A stretch of DNA of 64,000 bases from the human T2T-CHM13v2.0 reference genome, Homo sapiens: assembly GCF_009914755.1 (NCBI RefSeq), contig NC_060937.1; one strand, written 5' to 3'. Within the stretch, counting starts at the first letter, position 1. Each line of letters starts with the position of its first letter. This document shows, in pieces, positions 18,264-31,907 of the stretch. The translations under genes were made by a program, and so were the position numbers. The notes below the pieces were generated by a model. The model saw only the letters and a list, made by a program, of their open reading frames with translations. It searched no databases and was not told the DNA's origin.

Positions 18264-19279
18264 CTAAAGATAAAAATATATTCAATTTTTAAATCAAATT
18301 TCTAAATTTTCAGACTATTCAAATACAGAAATGCTGTTTCAATATTTGCCAGTTTTCCCCCAAAGTAATCAGGAAACAATGCCAAGAAATGCTTTCTTTT
18401 GGCCAGATTGACAAAATAGCATGTGACATTCAAAATTAATATATCATTGGTACATATACCCAAATTTCCAGTTATTACCAAAATGCAATGAAAATAAATG
18501 TATAGTCAAGTTGAGCAGAAACCCTTTTGGTTATATTTCTTAAAAGGAGAGAGATCCAGTATTAAGATCCCATATTTAGCTTTAAAATTAACCAAACTAA
18601 AAAATGCAATTTTTAAAAAATTCTATATGTGTAATAATGGCTTTAAGAATGTCTTGTACAATTTATATATTATTGACAAAAGTCAACAAAACTACTGAAC
18701 AGAATATATCCTTAGTACAAAACTGATGGTGATTTGCATGTTGATTACATTTTCTAGGTTAAGATCACCAGTCATTTCTTTAAGGCCATTGATTTCAGAT
18801 ACTCTCATGCATTGCCCTGTGTTAGCCTCTCTGTTGTTTCGCTCAGAAAACATTGATTATGATCTGCCGTGCATATGGAGGACACAGTGAGGGACAAGAG
18901 TTGGCCCTGGTGCCTGAGGCACTCTAGGCAGAGCTGTGGGACCGAGAGGGGAAGGTCTTTGCTCCGAGAGGAGGTACTCAGAGGCAGTTCCCAGACGGGC
19001 TTGTGTTTGGAGTGGGCATGATTGGACACTTGGAGTTTGGGGTGGAGAGAAAAAAATGTGGGCAGAGGTCTGAGGACAGGAAGTTAAGGCCACGTTTATG
19101 GGTCCTTTGGAATTGAAGCCACTAAGGAATGTTTTTAATTTTGTTTTCTCTTGAATTTACGGTCAGCCAGTCTTCTTAAGAACCCTTAACTACGTAACAA
19201 GTAACTGCTCCTTGTTCCATAGAACCGAAACCCAATTCTTAGGAAGTAAATGCGTAGTATGGTGGACAGAACCCCGTAC

Positions 19280-19400
19280 TTTTTTCCTGACATGACCATT
19301 GGTCAACCGTGTGATCTGGAATGGATGTTTACCTTTCTGGACTTCATTCTTATCAGCTGTAAAATGAGGATAGCGTTCTAGCTTTGAACTTCTCAAACTA
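19280..19400 (+). mobile_element. MIR remnant
   Basis: TTCATTCTTATCAGCTGTAAAATGAGGATA core. Confidence 0.55.
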
Positions 19401-20725
19401 TCTGTGGTGAAATTATTTTTTGCCAGTCTGTCACTGACATTACTAGAAAAATGATCCTGCACTTGGATGTCAGCAGGGTCCGACATCCAGCAACATTTTG
19501 ATGCTGTGCAAGTTTGTAAGCACTTGCCCTCTCTTCATCTCATTGAGGACAGGTGGCAGTTTGTGGGCCATCAGTGGTTTCCAGACCCCACTCTGGGTGG
19601 CCCATCCTGGATAACCCATAGGACCCACCAGCTCATAATGGTTCTTCCAGTCCCCGGAAGAGTAGCATGCGAGTTTATGGTCACAGATTCATAATAAAGA
19701 GTAGGTTTAAAGGGAAAAAATGTTTATTTTCTCTCTTCCAGCATTTATTCACTTAATTTGTTCACTTATTTTATTTGTGGCTACTTTGCTCCTCTATTCT
19801 GTGCCTTCTCTCATTTTTTTTCCAGAGTGGGAATGACATAATATTTTTTCCAGGTTAGGAATCCCATCTTTTTTCCCTATTATGAAAACAATAAATGTTC
19901 TTTTAAAAATGCAGGAAAATTGCTTTTGTAAATAATTTTTAATCCAAATAAAAATATATAAAGAAAAAAGTGAAAATCACCTATCCCACCACTTAGACAT
20001 CACTGTTATCATTCCCCTTTCCCAGGCATTTTTACAAATATATACAAACATATATCAACACATATATTTTTAAATGGGACTTTTTTTAAAACACAAATGA
20101 GATTTTTACAAAAAATACTGTTTTATAACCTCTCCCACCCACTTCGCAAAATAACATGGACCACTTCCCATGTCAGTAAATACAGATTTCCGTCACTTTG
20201 TGCTCCATATTTTGTTACATGGCTGTTTCCTGCACATCTTAGCGTTGAAGTGATAAGAATCATTTATGTCAATCATTGTTTAAATGCTTCCTCTCTTACC
20301 TACCATGAGGCCTTATCTCACATCCACTCCAAAGTGATAAGAATTTCTGTGAACTTTATGAAGTGTTAAAACTCTGGAAGGATGAGGGGAATAATTCTGA
20401 AAAGTGTGTCTCCTACTTGAGCCCTCATATACCATATGATGAGAATGTCGTCTTCACTATGTTTACAAGTGTTTACTGTGCTCCTAAAATGTACCCATGC
20501 CTGTGCTAGATCTGAGGTGGGTTGCATGTCAGATGAGTCTGTGTGAGACAGGACCCTCGGGCCCCTGAGAGTGTGGGCAGGAATTCCCTGCCCAGTGTCC
20601 CTGAGGAGCAGCAGTGCCCACAGCCCAGGGTGTTCCCCGTGGAGTTGGGGAGCTTAAGCTGCAGGCCCTCATTTGCATTGCCTCTAATAAATTTTTATTT
20701 TTGCATTCATTTCATTTTCACAGTT

Positions 20726-20881
20726 TTTTGTTTTTGTTTTCTTTTTTGTATTTTTTTTTTTTTAGTAGAGGCAGGGTTTCACCATGTTGGTCAGGCTGGT
20801 CTTGAACTCCTGACCTTGTGATCTGCCCACCTCGGCCTCCCAAAGTGCTGGGATTACAGGTGTGAGCCACCGCGCCCAGCC
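20726..20881 (-). mobile_element. Partial Alu (left monomer)
   Basis: Reverse Alu left arm. Confidence 0.9.
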
Positions 20882-21642
20882 CATTTTCACAGTTTTATAT
20901 CCTCTTTCTCAGAAAGTTTCCCCCAAGCTGTATAAGCTTCTGGCCCCACACATTCTGGATCTGCCCCACTGTCACCATTCTTTATCCTTCCAGCCAAAGA
21001 ACAGTGTGCTTTATCTATACTTGATCTTTATTTTCTCACTTCCCAGGTGCTCTTCAAATCAGTCTAACCTTGACTGCTTCCATTCACACAGCTAAAACTA
21101 CCCTCACTAAGATTAGTCACTTACATAGCAGTCAATAGGATGGACACTCTTAACTTTCCGTCTGCCTGACTTAGCAGCAGCTCTGTATATGTGGCGTTTG
21201 TGACACACCCCTCCTGGCTTCCTTCAGTTCCTTTGCACTGCACTGAGGCCACTTTACCTCCATCACACTCTTAAAGGGCAAGGTCAGCTGCTGGGCCAGC
21301 CCTGGAATACCCGGTGGGGCATCACAGAGTCTGTCCTGTTGCCTGGTGGGATTGCTGTCTGCAGCAGCTCTGTCTCTTGGGTGTTTACTTTGCATCTCCG
21401 AAGGAAGCACTTAGATCATGCCTGAAAACACTACTGAGCAGAGCTCTGTTGTGTGAATGGTATGAGAGATGTGCAGTTAACTGAGTCTTGACAGTTGAGA
21501 TTTCTTTTTTTTTTTCTTACATAATAGGCACATTCTTAGAGAGTTCTTTGAACTTAGAACTTTATCAAACTAAGGTTTTGATAAATGTTTTGGTTTTACT
21601 TTTGAAGTTGCCTTCTCTGTAACTTCCACAAGAAATCCTTGC

Positions 21643-21676
21643 TACAGCTATTACAATGGTACAGCTATTACAATGG
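21643..21676. repeat. Perfect 17-bp tandem duplication
   Basis: TACAGCTATTACAATGG x2. Confidence 0.9.
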
Positions 21677-22564
21677 TTAGTACACAAGACTCCTTATGGT
21701 GGAGTTCACTGATTCTCAACTGCAAATAGGCATTCAGTTGGAAAAAAACACCACATTCTCTGTGCACAGGAGGATGATGAAGGAGAAAGACAAACCGGTA
21801 GAGTCGGACCCTGAGCATAATGAGAGCACATGGAGCCAGTCCCGACCAGGGGACACACAGGGGGTCTCCTGAGGAGATGAGGGAGGAGGAAATAGCTGAA
21901 AAGATGAGGGAGGGCAGGCAGACAGGGATTAGCGGACCCATCCATGCAGGGTCCATGCCAGCTGGCATATCCAAGGAGATGCTGTTTTCCTTTTATTCTC
22001 TAAGCAGGCAGGACAGTCAGTTCCAAAAGTGATGAGGACAAAAAGTGGTGTCTACGAGAAGTGAGATGGCCTGCATGGGGCACACGGGAGGATCTAAGTG
22101 AGCAGTGGGGAGCCCTGAGGCTTGCCTGGTTTTTGTACTGATGGAGCTGTTTCCCCAGCACAGTGTCCTGGGAGTAGGAGAGGAAAAAGGGAAGGCACTG
22201 AACCAACCGAGGCTTAGGTTTCTCTTGATGAGTGAAGCAGAAAGACAAGAAGGAGGCAAGGACCATAGTTCCAATGTGGCGTCATGGCACGTGGTAGGCC
22301 TTGATTCTAGGCTGGACAGAAAGTAGGAATTTAAAGAGTTTAAAAAGAGAAGAGTGATGAGAGCCAGAGGACTGGAAAATTCTAGATGAGTGCAGGGAAC
22401 AGGTGTCAGGCAATAAAGAGTGTAGTGATTATGGAAGTGCTTACTTACCTTCGCATATCCTGTTCTGAACCTCTAGTCACTTAAACAGGATACAAGTTTT
22501 CACATGTGGTTTTAAAAACTGTCAAGCTATGTGGACATTTGTCTTGATGAATTTATTTTCAGCA

Positions 22565-22863
22565 TTTTTTTTTTTTTTTGAGACGGAGTCCCTCTCTCTG
22601 TCGCCCAGGCTGGCATACAATGGTGTGATCTCGGCTCACTGCAACCCCCACCTCCCAGGTTCAAGCGATTCTTCTGCCTCAGCCTCCAGAGTAGCTGAGA
22701 TTACAGGCGCCTGCCACCACACCCGGCTAATTTTTATATTTTTAGTAGAGACGGGGTTTTGCCATGTTGACCAGGCTGGTCTTGAACTCCTGACCTCAGG
22801 TAATCCACCCGCCTCGGCCTCCCAAAGTGCTAGGATTACAGGCGTGAGCCACCACACCGGGCC
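22565..22863 (-). mobile_element. Alu (AluSx-like)
   Basis: Reverse Alu dimer. Confidence 0.95.
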
Positions 22864-24112
22864 TATTTTCAGCATTTAGAGGTCTTTTTGGTATGCTGGA
22901 GATGATCCATCTGTGGTTGGATGAAAATCAAGTTTTGAAATAAAGTCAGATTATGGATGTTTAAATTCTTACTTTGCTACATCTTTTTAAGATTTTCTTT
23001 CATCTATGAAGGCAAGGAGAAAGTTGATATTTCAAGGGAAGTGCTTTTCCTTTTAATGGAAAAAAAATTGGATATGTTTATGAAACATTTGGAAGTCCTG
23101 AGTTTTAAGAGAGTATTTCATCTTACAGAAATGAGTTAATTATTGAAAAGAATTTCTTTCTTCCTAGCAAACCACAGACAATAACTTTATCCATGACCTG
23201 ACAATTTATAAATATTTGGGAAGTTGTCAGGGTTAAGGAGTTAAATAATTTGTCTTTTGAATTAAATATGAAATTATGTTTATGTCTTATGTTTATATTA
23301 TTAAAGATCTAAATAAAATATCCACCCATGTTAAGAAGTTTAATTCAATTATAAACATAAAAAGCCATCTGTCTCTGTTCACTAATCATCCTGTAGCTGT
23401 GTAAATGAACCATTATACATATGAAAATTTGATAGTGTGACTTGAGGCAGATTCAATGTTAATACAAAAATTCTAATACTTAGGCAAAACAGAACCATAA
23501 AATGTAGAAAGAAACCTAACAATGCCACAGTGTGGAGATACTTCTTAGGCTTTGAAGGCGAGTCTGTATCTAAGAAAGTAGACTGTTGGACAGATCTTAG
23601 GTCTTTTGTGAGGTTTTAATCATACTTTTATTTTATAAATTGAATTTCAAAACTCAGCTTACCTTTTTTTTTTTTTTTTTTTTTTTACCCTCAAATAGTT
23701 CAGGTCCAACCATTGTATATGAGGACTAATGGCAAGAAATGGCCCTTTTGTAGATTCTTATCCCCTCCTCACCCATCCCTCCCTTAAACTAAAGATCATG
23801 TTTAAGCCCTGAATGTTCACATCAAGAAAATACTGTTTAGTTTTGAGTTGTTTGTGTAAGCCAAGGTTACGCTGCACTTTTGAATTAAAGTGCTATACGA
23901 GTTTTCTCAAGAGCCTTAGAGGGGAAGGCTTGAACCCTCCACTTACAAAACAACTCAGGCTTTTTTTTTTTTTCTATAGAATCAACTCTCAGGTATGATG
24001 GGTTAGTCCTAAGGGTAATGTAGTAATGTTAATTTTAAAATCCACCTTTATCTATATTCAACTTTGAAGGAATAGCACTTATTCTTTTAAACTTGTCTTC
24101 TCTTTGCTCTAG

Positions 24113-24179
24113 CGCATAAAGTCAGGCAGAGATGGCAGTGGGGGCTCCCGTGGCAAAAGAGAAGGAAGTGCTAGCGGTG
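24113..24179 (+). CDS. IFT88: IFT88 coding exon (RIKSGRDGSGGSRGKREGSASG)
   Basis: ctctttgctctag acceptor, G|gtaagt donor, 67 nt. Confidence 0.96.
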
Positions 24180-25735
24180 GTAAGTATTTTCTCTTTCCCT
24201 GAAAAACTTGGTTTCCACATTTCTAGTATGTGGGCTTCTGGAAACATCTTGCAATAATCTAAAGTGTTCTTATGTGTCTGTCGGTTTGTTCTATACACAG
24301 TGAAACTTCACATTAATTAATTTGGTAAGCAGTCAGTCTGATATGTAAATGAGTATTTGTAAATGCTAACAGATTTTCTTAAATAACCATGCTTGTTTTT
24401 GCTAGTTGATTAATAAACAAGTTTTTCATTTATTAATCTCTCAGGTTGGACAGATTATCATAGATGGGCGTACTTATGAGGTTTTGCTGTGTTACATTTT
24501 TAAAATTTCCATTTGAAGGAAGTGCCACGAGAAGGAGGATGGTCCTATGGAATGCTGACAGCCCTAAATCTTTAGTCTGACTTTTAGTGTAGAATTAGTG
24601 ACAAGCTAGGAATTAGGAGACATAGTGTGAGTCCCAGTCTTGATCGTGACGATGTATATATGTCTTTGGACCAACCACATAAATGCTATAGGCTTTTGGT
24701 GATTTCTGAAGTTCTTTGCATCTCTAAAATTCTTTTACTCCTTGTGACATCATTACATAATAAGACATTTTATTGAGTTTTCCACCCCTTCTTCCCATCA
24801 ACAATCTACCTTCTTTCTCTACTTCAGGCAGGCAGTGTAAGTTAAACTTAGTACAAATTTGGTGATTTTAAAGAAGCTAATTTTAAAAATAAATGTCAAA
24901 TTGGGGTCTATAAATATACCTACATTCTCTCCTATCCATACTCAGCACTCTCATGCATATATGACCTAGCTCCATGTAACTATCCAGCTGCATTCTGTCA
25001 TATCTGTTTGTGATGTAGGAGTCAGGACAAAGACAAATGTAGCTCTTAGTTAGGCAGGCCTTTCATCCATTCACAGTGTTTATTGGATGCATACTGTGTG
25101 CCAAACACTGTGCTAAGAGCCAAGGACATGGGAACAAATAAGACGTGGTCCCCATGCTCAAAGAAGTTAGAATCTAGTTGGAAAGACACACAGCTTCTAA
25201 TGGTGCTGTGGATGCTGCCATGGTAGAGAAATGTACATGAGTTTTCAAACTTTCCTAGGGATAGAAACTGCAGCTGGGACAAAGACTCCTTGAATTCAGA
25301 GCTGTGCTTTGAAATTCAAGGAGTCTTCGTCCCAATTGCAGTCAAATTCAATTTATAACTTAGTAGGCAGTTACAGCCATCAGTGGCATCGGGTTCTAGC
25401 CAGGCCACTTGATTCCCCAAGAGTCAGTCCAGCGTCTCCAGCTAAACCTCATGGTGCTGGCCTGTTTATCTTCAGGAGCCATTACCCAGAGCTGGAGAAA
25501 TCAGTAAAAGCAGCATTGAGCCCAAGCCTCAAGAGTACCAAAGGCAGTCTGTCACATCAAAGAGTAGCCACTTCCATCTCTTCAGCCACCATGGTCCTGA
25601 TGGCTACTCCTGTCTCCTTGCTCTTCCCTAGCCCCAGATATCTCACACACTCCACTTTAATGGATCCGTGTGACTATCTGGGGTTGGATTTAGTCAGAGA
25701 GATCTGGCCCAGCAGTTCTTAAGCCAGAGGCAGCC

Positions 25736-26035
25736 ATAAGCCCACAGCTCCTTACCCAAAACCCCTGGGGCCAGGTGTGTTGTGGAATTCAGAACCTTTT
25801 GGAGTTTAGAAAGCAAGATGTATTAGCCATGTATCACATACTACCCAAGGAGAGCACCTCAGACATATTAATTCAGTGAAACATGAATATTCACACTAAG
25901 GATAAATAAAGACTATGAATAGCCTCAAATCAAGTCAAGTTCTATACCCAAGAAGTTTATATATTGCCACCTGAAGAGTTGGCTTTCAGAGCTCTTTGGA
26001 ATTTGGAATTGTAGATGGAGGGTCATGGATGTGTA
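25736..26035. mobile_element. MER46C-like TcMar-Tigger element
   Basis: CCTTACCCAAAACCCCTGGGGCCAGGTGTGTTGTGGAATTCAGAA start and TTTGGAATTTGGAATTGTAGAT end. Confidence 0.6.
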
Positions 26036-27846
26036 CCAAAAATGTTCTTAACAGCCAAGAAGTCCACAGACTAGGCATTGTGCAACAGTCAAAAGCAACT
26101 CTAGACAGCTCCCCAGACCAGCACAGTGCTGCTTGTTCATCCTTGCTCCTAGGAAGCAGGAAGTACGTGATATCAGCTCTCTTGGAAATAACTGTCCCTT
26201 TAAGGAGTAATTGTCTTGAGTAACCCCTAAGGAAGTATTAAGTATTAAAATTCTAGGGCCGGATTCACCATCCCCTAAGGATTCTGCATTTCTCTCTGAA
26301 AATCTTAAGTTCAGAATAACCAACCAGTTCCTTCTAAACATCAACAACCTTATGTTAAGTTCTCTGACCCTTCCCTGGTAATTCGTAAGTTTATAAAATC
26401 TCTCCCCTTAACTTAAGCCTTAGTTTCCCAGATGCCATCACTTTGAAAATCTGCCTCAGAAACATCAGTACCTCCTAATGGGATGTGATAGAACACCCGA
26501 AAAACTGCTGAATGGTGTGGTGCTTCCCCAGAGCCCAGGGGACAGTGTCTGGGGTCCCACCCCTGAGAAAGTAACCCCAGGAAGACTGACAGCTGCCTCT
26601 CGGAAACAGATTGATCAGTGTGCCTCAGGCCACCGCAGGTTCAGATCCTTTGACATGAAGAATTGCCCAGCCTCCCTGGTGACCTTTCCCATAGCCCTCT
26701 TTCAGTCATGCTGGCATTAGAGCACAGAGAGGGCTTCACTCGGCCAGGGACCTCCTCCACGGTCAGGGAAGAAGGGACTGACAATGAAGAGAGGTAGGGC
26801 CACCCCAGATCTGATACCTGTGTGCTATAAAAGAGAGGCCTTCCTCTTGAAGAGTTCCCTTCTGGTCCTGGCCTCCCACTGCTGCTTTTTCTTTTTTAAT
26901 CTATTTTCCTTTCTTTCTTCCAGTCCATTTCAGTCCAACACAAATAGTCAGTTCTAGTGCACAAATAAGCTTTATTCTCACATGAGAGACTTTTGGCATA
27001 CAAACTCTGTGCTCTCAAGGCATTTTACAAGCAGGGTTGCGTGTTACTAGGTTCTTCTGGCACAAATTTAAAGCACTCATCAGTCCCTTCCTAGGGTGCT
27101 TTCCCCCATCATTTGCCTTTTCGTTCCTTATTTTCTGACATCTCGAGTTATGCATCATCCCAGACTTTTTCATTTCATCCTGGAGCCCAGTTTGAATGCT
27201 GCTTTCTGTGGCTGAGCTGGTTCCACGCTGACACTTTTGCAGGAATCGTGTTTTCTGTCCCCCTTCTCCAGTTCTCAGCACAGGCCACACTCCAAGGCTG
27301 GCCCTGGCTGTGAAGTCGGAACAAACCCAGGCTGTGAGGCTTCTCTCCCTTTCTCCTTCCTTTTGATTTCAAAGTCTTAATAGTTAACAGTATTTATATT
27401 CTCTGCAGATAAACTGATGAGGGGAATAACTGTATTCTGTCCATTGTTTTGGTTGAATTTTGTTAAAGGTTGAGAAATTGACAGAACACATCTGCTTCTC
27501 ATGTGTAGCTGTCCTCAAGACACAAGAATTCCTTCTTAGATGGCATTTTCTATTTTTGCATGATAGTGGCATTTTGTGACTTATTTTGAGTATGGTGTTA
27601 TTAAGCTTTCATTTTTAAAGTGCTTTTTGGTTTACCCTGTGTGATTTTTAATGGCTTTCTGCATTTTTTAGTTTGATTTTTATGTCTTGGATATAAACTT
27701 TTCCAATGAAAATGGATCAATTTTAGACTGAAAATAATTTTATAATGAAAATCAGGATAAGATTCAGTGAACAGAAATTCACTTTATGGTATCTTTTATA
27801 AAGCACATTGTAAACATATTTTATTTAAAAAAACTGAAGTTTTATA

Positions 27847-28152
<306 letters not shown>

Positions 28153-28716
28153 CAGTTATATTTTAATATTCTAGTCCAAGTTTGAGCATGGCTAATTAAC
28201 ACCTTTCCACAGTTTTGCTGGGGCCTGATGGTGTCACAAGCAGAGAATGAACAAGTCATGCTCAGTGCCCACAAGGGAGGACGAGACAAGGAGTGTACGC
28301 TCTGAGGAGGTGCATAGGCCTAAATGTAGAGGACAGGCCGACACAAGTCAGCCAATTACAGAAGGAATTGCTGGACATCTATGTGGGGAGGGAGTCTTGA
28401 GAGGCCGGGGGGCGGGTGCTGTCACTTCTCTAAGGATCATGCCTGTCAGCCTCAGTCCCAACTTGCATGTCCCTTTACCCCATAAATCTAGACCACAGTT
28501 TTGCAGGATACCCGAGTATCCAGCCCACTTTGTATACGGTATGTATCACAAAGGAATCTTGATGAATAATAAGTATTAGAAGATAGTGAACAGCACCAGA
28601 GCACCAAAGTAGTCTCAGTGTTACAGTTCCAGAAAAAGTTTGCCTATGCCAGTATACCCAGCTGGTGTAACCTGCCAATGTGTCGTCTGTGTTCTGATAC
28701 AGTAATTCTCAGTAAT

Positions 28717-29049
28717 TTGGGGTGTGCAGACTTTTTCTGTAAAGGGCCAGGTAGTAAATAGTTTAGGCTTGCAGGCCAAGTCTCATCTACCGAGAATATT
28801 CCACTCTGCTGTTGTGTATTGAAAGCAGCTGTACACAGCGTGTAAGTGAATAAATGTGATAGTGTTCTATAAAACTTAATTCTTGGACACTGAAGTTAGA
28901 ATGTTATATGAGTTTTATATGTCACAAAATATTATTATTGTTTGCTTTTCTTCCTAACCATTTTAAAATGTACAAATCATTAGCTTGCTGGATAGACAAA
29001 AATAGGGTGGGCCAGATTTGGCCCACACACTGTAGTTTGCTAATCCCTG
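28717..29049. mobile_element. MER58-like hAT-Charlie element
   Basis: ACTTTTTCTGTAAAGGGCCAGGTAGTAAATA...GGGCCAGATTTGGCCC...TAGTTTGCTAATCCCTG. Confidence 0.8.
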
Positions 29050-29399
29050 CTCTAAGCCAAAGTCTCCATGAATACTTTTGGTAATGACAGGTGGGGCCTG
29101 GGAATTATCCTTTTGATCAAAGCACTGCTTGAAGCCATTTCATCCTGGTATACAGCTTGAACAGTAAAAGTCTGTATCAGTGAACTTCTCTTAAAACCAC
29201 CTTAGTTGTTTACAACTCACCCACCTCACTAAGTCAACACACATCACAGAGCATATGATGAGATTTTGTATCTTCAACAGAACATGCTCCTTAACTCTCG
29301 CCCTTAGCCTGTTGCCCTGAGTTTTCAGTCCTTGTCATAATCCCATTCCTGGCATTCATTCAACATCCATGGACCACCTTCCTGAACTCATCACATCTT

Positions 29400-29530
29400 A
29401 TGTGAACAAGTTACTTAAATCTCTTTGTCACAGTTTCCTCATCAGTAAAATGAGACTGAAAACAGTACCTTCCTGATAGGGTTGCTGAGGAGGAAATGGG
29501 CTCATGTGGAAAGCTCTTAGAGAAACTCCT
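29400..29530 (+). mobile_element. MIR remnant
   Basis: CAAGTTACTTAAATCTCT...CAGTTTCCTCATCAGTAAAATGAG...AACAGTACCT. Confidence 0.75.
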
Positions 29531-31387
29531 GATAAGGGCAAGCATGTGCAAGGGTGAGCATGGCTACTGTGACTCCCGCCTGACAAAGGGAGTGCATGGG
29601 CAGGGCCTGGAATACCAGTGTCCACTGCACTGCCAGCGCCCATGTTCTCACCACTGCCAGTGTGTGACCTCTGAGTGTGAGAGCCTCAGTTTCTCCCTAA
29701 CACAAGAGGGTCATGTTTATCCATGCAGTGTAACCAAGTGTACCCCTGTCTCACTGTTGAGTTGAATTTTGTTTTTTTAAACAAGAATTACTAGTGCTTA
29801 TAAATAAAAATAAATGTTGGTTCTTGAAGTTACCAATTTGGAAAGCTGAATATTTACTTCAGTAATGCTGCTGTTAATCAAAACATTTGTGAAACTCCTT
29901 TTTTATAATTGCCTGCAGAGGCAAGTTACAAAAAGCACAGGAAATTTAATCCAAAACTTTTACAAAATACATATGCACATACATACATATATATGCATAC
30001 ACACATATATATGCATGCATATATCCTATCTGTAAAATATATACACATGTATTTTATATATACGTGTGTGCTCATACATACAAACACACATTTTATGAGT
30101 TTTTACCCTCTTTCCCTTCCTACCTTTCTGCTGTTTTATCTACAGATAAGCATTTTCTCACGTTTTCTAGCCATAATAAGTACTCAGTAAATACCAACAT
30201 TCTTCCAGCTTCACCTCTCATATCCTCTTTATATGCCAGGTATTAAGTATTTAAGTTTGCCACATAACAAATATATAATGTTACCTCCTTTGTTCTCTTC
30301 ACTGAGTCCCTCCAGAGTCTCCCTCTCCTCACTTGAGTATTGCCTATACAGTAGCTATCGGCGTTCATTTTTACAATTTTAATATATTCCTGTTAGGTTT
30401 TGTTGGGTAATAATGTAATGGGATCAATAGAAGTAGGGGGTGAGGGTTGAAATCAAACTGAGAATTGCAGCTGTAACAATGTAAGAATGAGCTGAAATTC
30501 TCAGAGTAAGGCTAGGTCCAAGCAATGGTCCTTGTAAAATTATCAGAGTATTATGTCATCTGAGCTGATAAGGTCATTACTTTCTTGGACTGTTGGTTGG
30601 GAAAGTACTTTGGATCCCTAGCTGTGGTGCGCTGCCTCTTAACTTTGGAAAGGGACAGGAGCAAAGGAAGATCAGCTTCCTGGTAATAAGAGGATAGGCC
30701 ATTTGCAAGTCAGATTACAGAGCACCTAGAAGTAAATTGGTCAGTAAAGGCCTCCTAAAGGTCCCAAAGTTATTGTCTGATGCTCTTCAGTGTTTCTAGA
30801 TATAAACAAATACTTCCTCATACTTAAGGAGTGAGAATAGATCTTAATTATTGCATCTTAATAGAGGCTAAATTGAATATCATCTTCTTAAAAATAGAAG
30901 AGAGAGACAGACCAAAAAGCTTTTACAAAGTGTCTAATGGATAATGAAATCAATTTATAGCTCACCAAAAGAGAGTTATTTAAGAAGAGATTTGAAAAAG
31001 TAAGAACCACTATATTCATAACACATTCAAAGGAATGGGCAGAATTTTTTAGAAAGTTTCATTTTAGATAGTACTTTCAAAAAATAAGAAACTAATAGGG
31101 GCAGTTGATAGACTTCCTAGCTTAAGGGAAGGGGAATGTTGAAAAATGATTATATACGTATTATAATTGGGCCTTGAAGACTACAGAGGGCCATTAGATT
31201 TTTCAACTAAGATAGTTTTGATAGCCTTAAAGAAAGCAGTCTCAGTGTACTGTTAGAGGCAAAAGTCAGATTCTAATGATTTAAGAAGTGAATGAGTTGC
31301 AGGGAGGTAGAGAAGAGGATATAAACTATTCTCTCACACATGGTGGTGAAATATACAGCCTCACCAATAACTAAAACAATGCAAACT

Positions 31388-31907
31388 TGCCAAGACCAGC
31401 TCAGTTATGGAGACCCTAACCCAGCAGTGCTAGAGGAATTAAAGACACAGACACAGAAATAGGGTGCAGAGTGGGACCAGGGGGCTGACAGCCATCAGAG
31501 CTGAGAGCCATGAACAGAGTCTGACCCACATATTATTGACAGTAAGCCAGTGCTAAGCATTGCTTCTATAGATTATAGATTAGCTAGAAGCATTCCTTAT
31601 AGGAAACAAAGCATTTTTAGCAAGGAGCAGAGAAACAGGCCCTGGCTGATTATCTGCAGCAAAAGCATGTTGTTAAGGCACAGGCTGCTCCTGCTATTGT
31701 TTGTGGCTTGAGCAGTTTTCCGCTCCGGAGGGGCCAGGTTTTCCTTGCCCTGCTCCAGTAAACCAACAACTTCTAGCAGTGTGAACCAACAACTTCTAGC
31801 AGTGTGTGTGATAGCCATCACGAGCATGTCACATTGCTGCAGAAATCCTGTTTATGACCAGTTTCTTTAAGGCCTGTTTATGACAGGCTTAGGGCTTGCT
31901 ACCAGCA
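31388..31907 (-). repeat. 3' LTR (MER9-type), 520 bp, with a 23-bp tandem duplication at 31761-31806
   Basis: Ends ...GGGTTAGGGTCTCC...GCTGGTCTTGGCA on minus strand; near-identical to 38050-38553. Confidence 0.93.

Noticed and set aside
29965-30090. (TA/CA)-rich tract; also (ATTGTAC)3 near 17532 and (TA)n at 27843
   Set aside because: Ordinary decayed microsatellites
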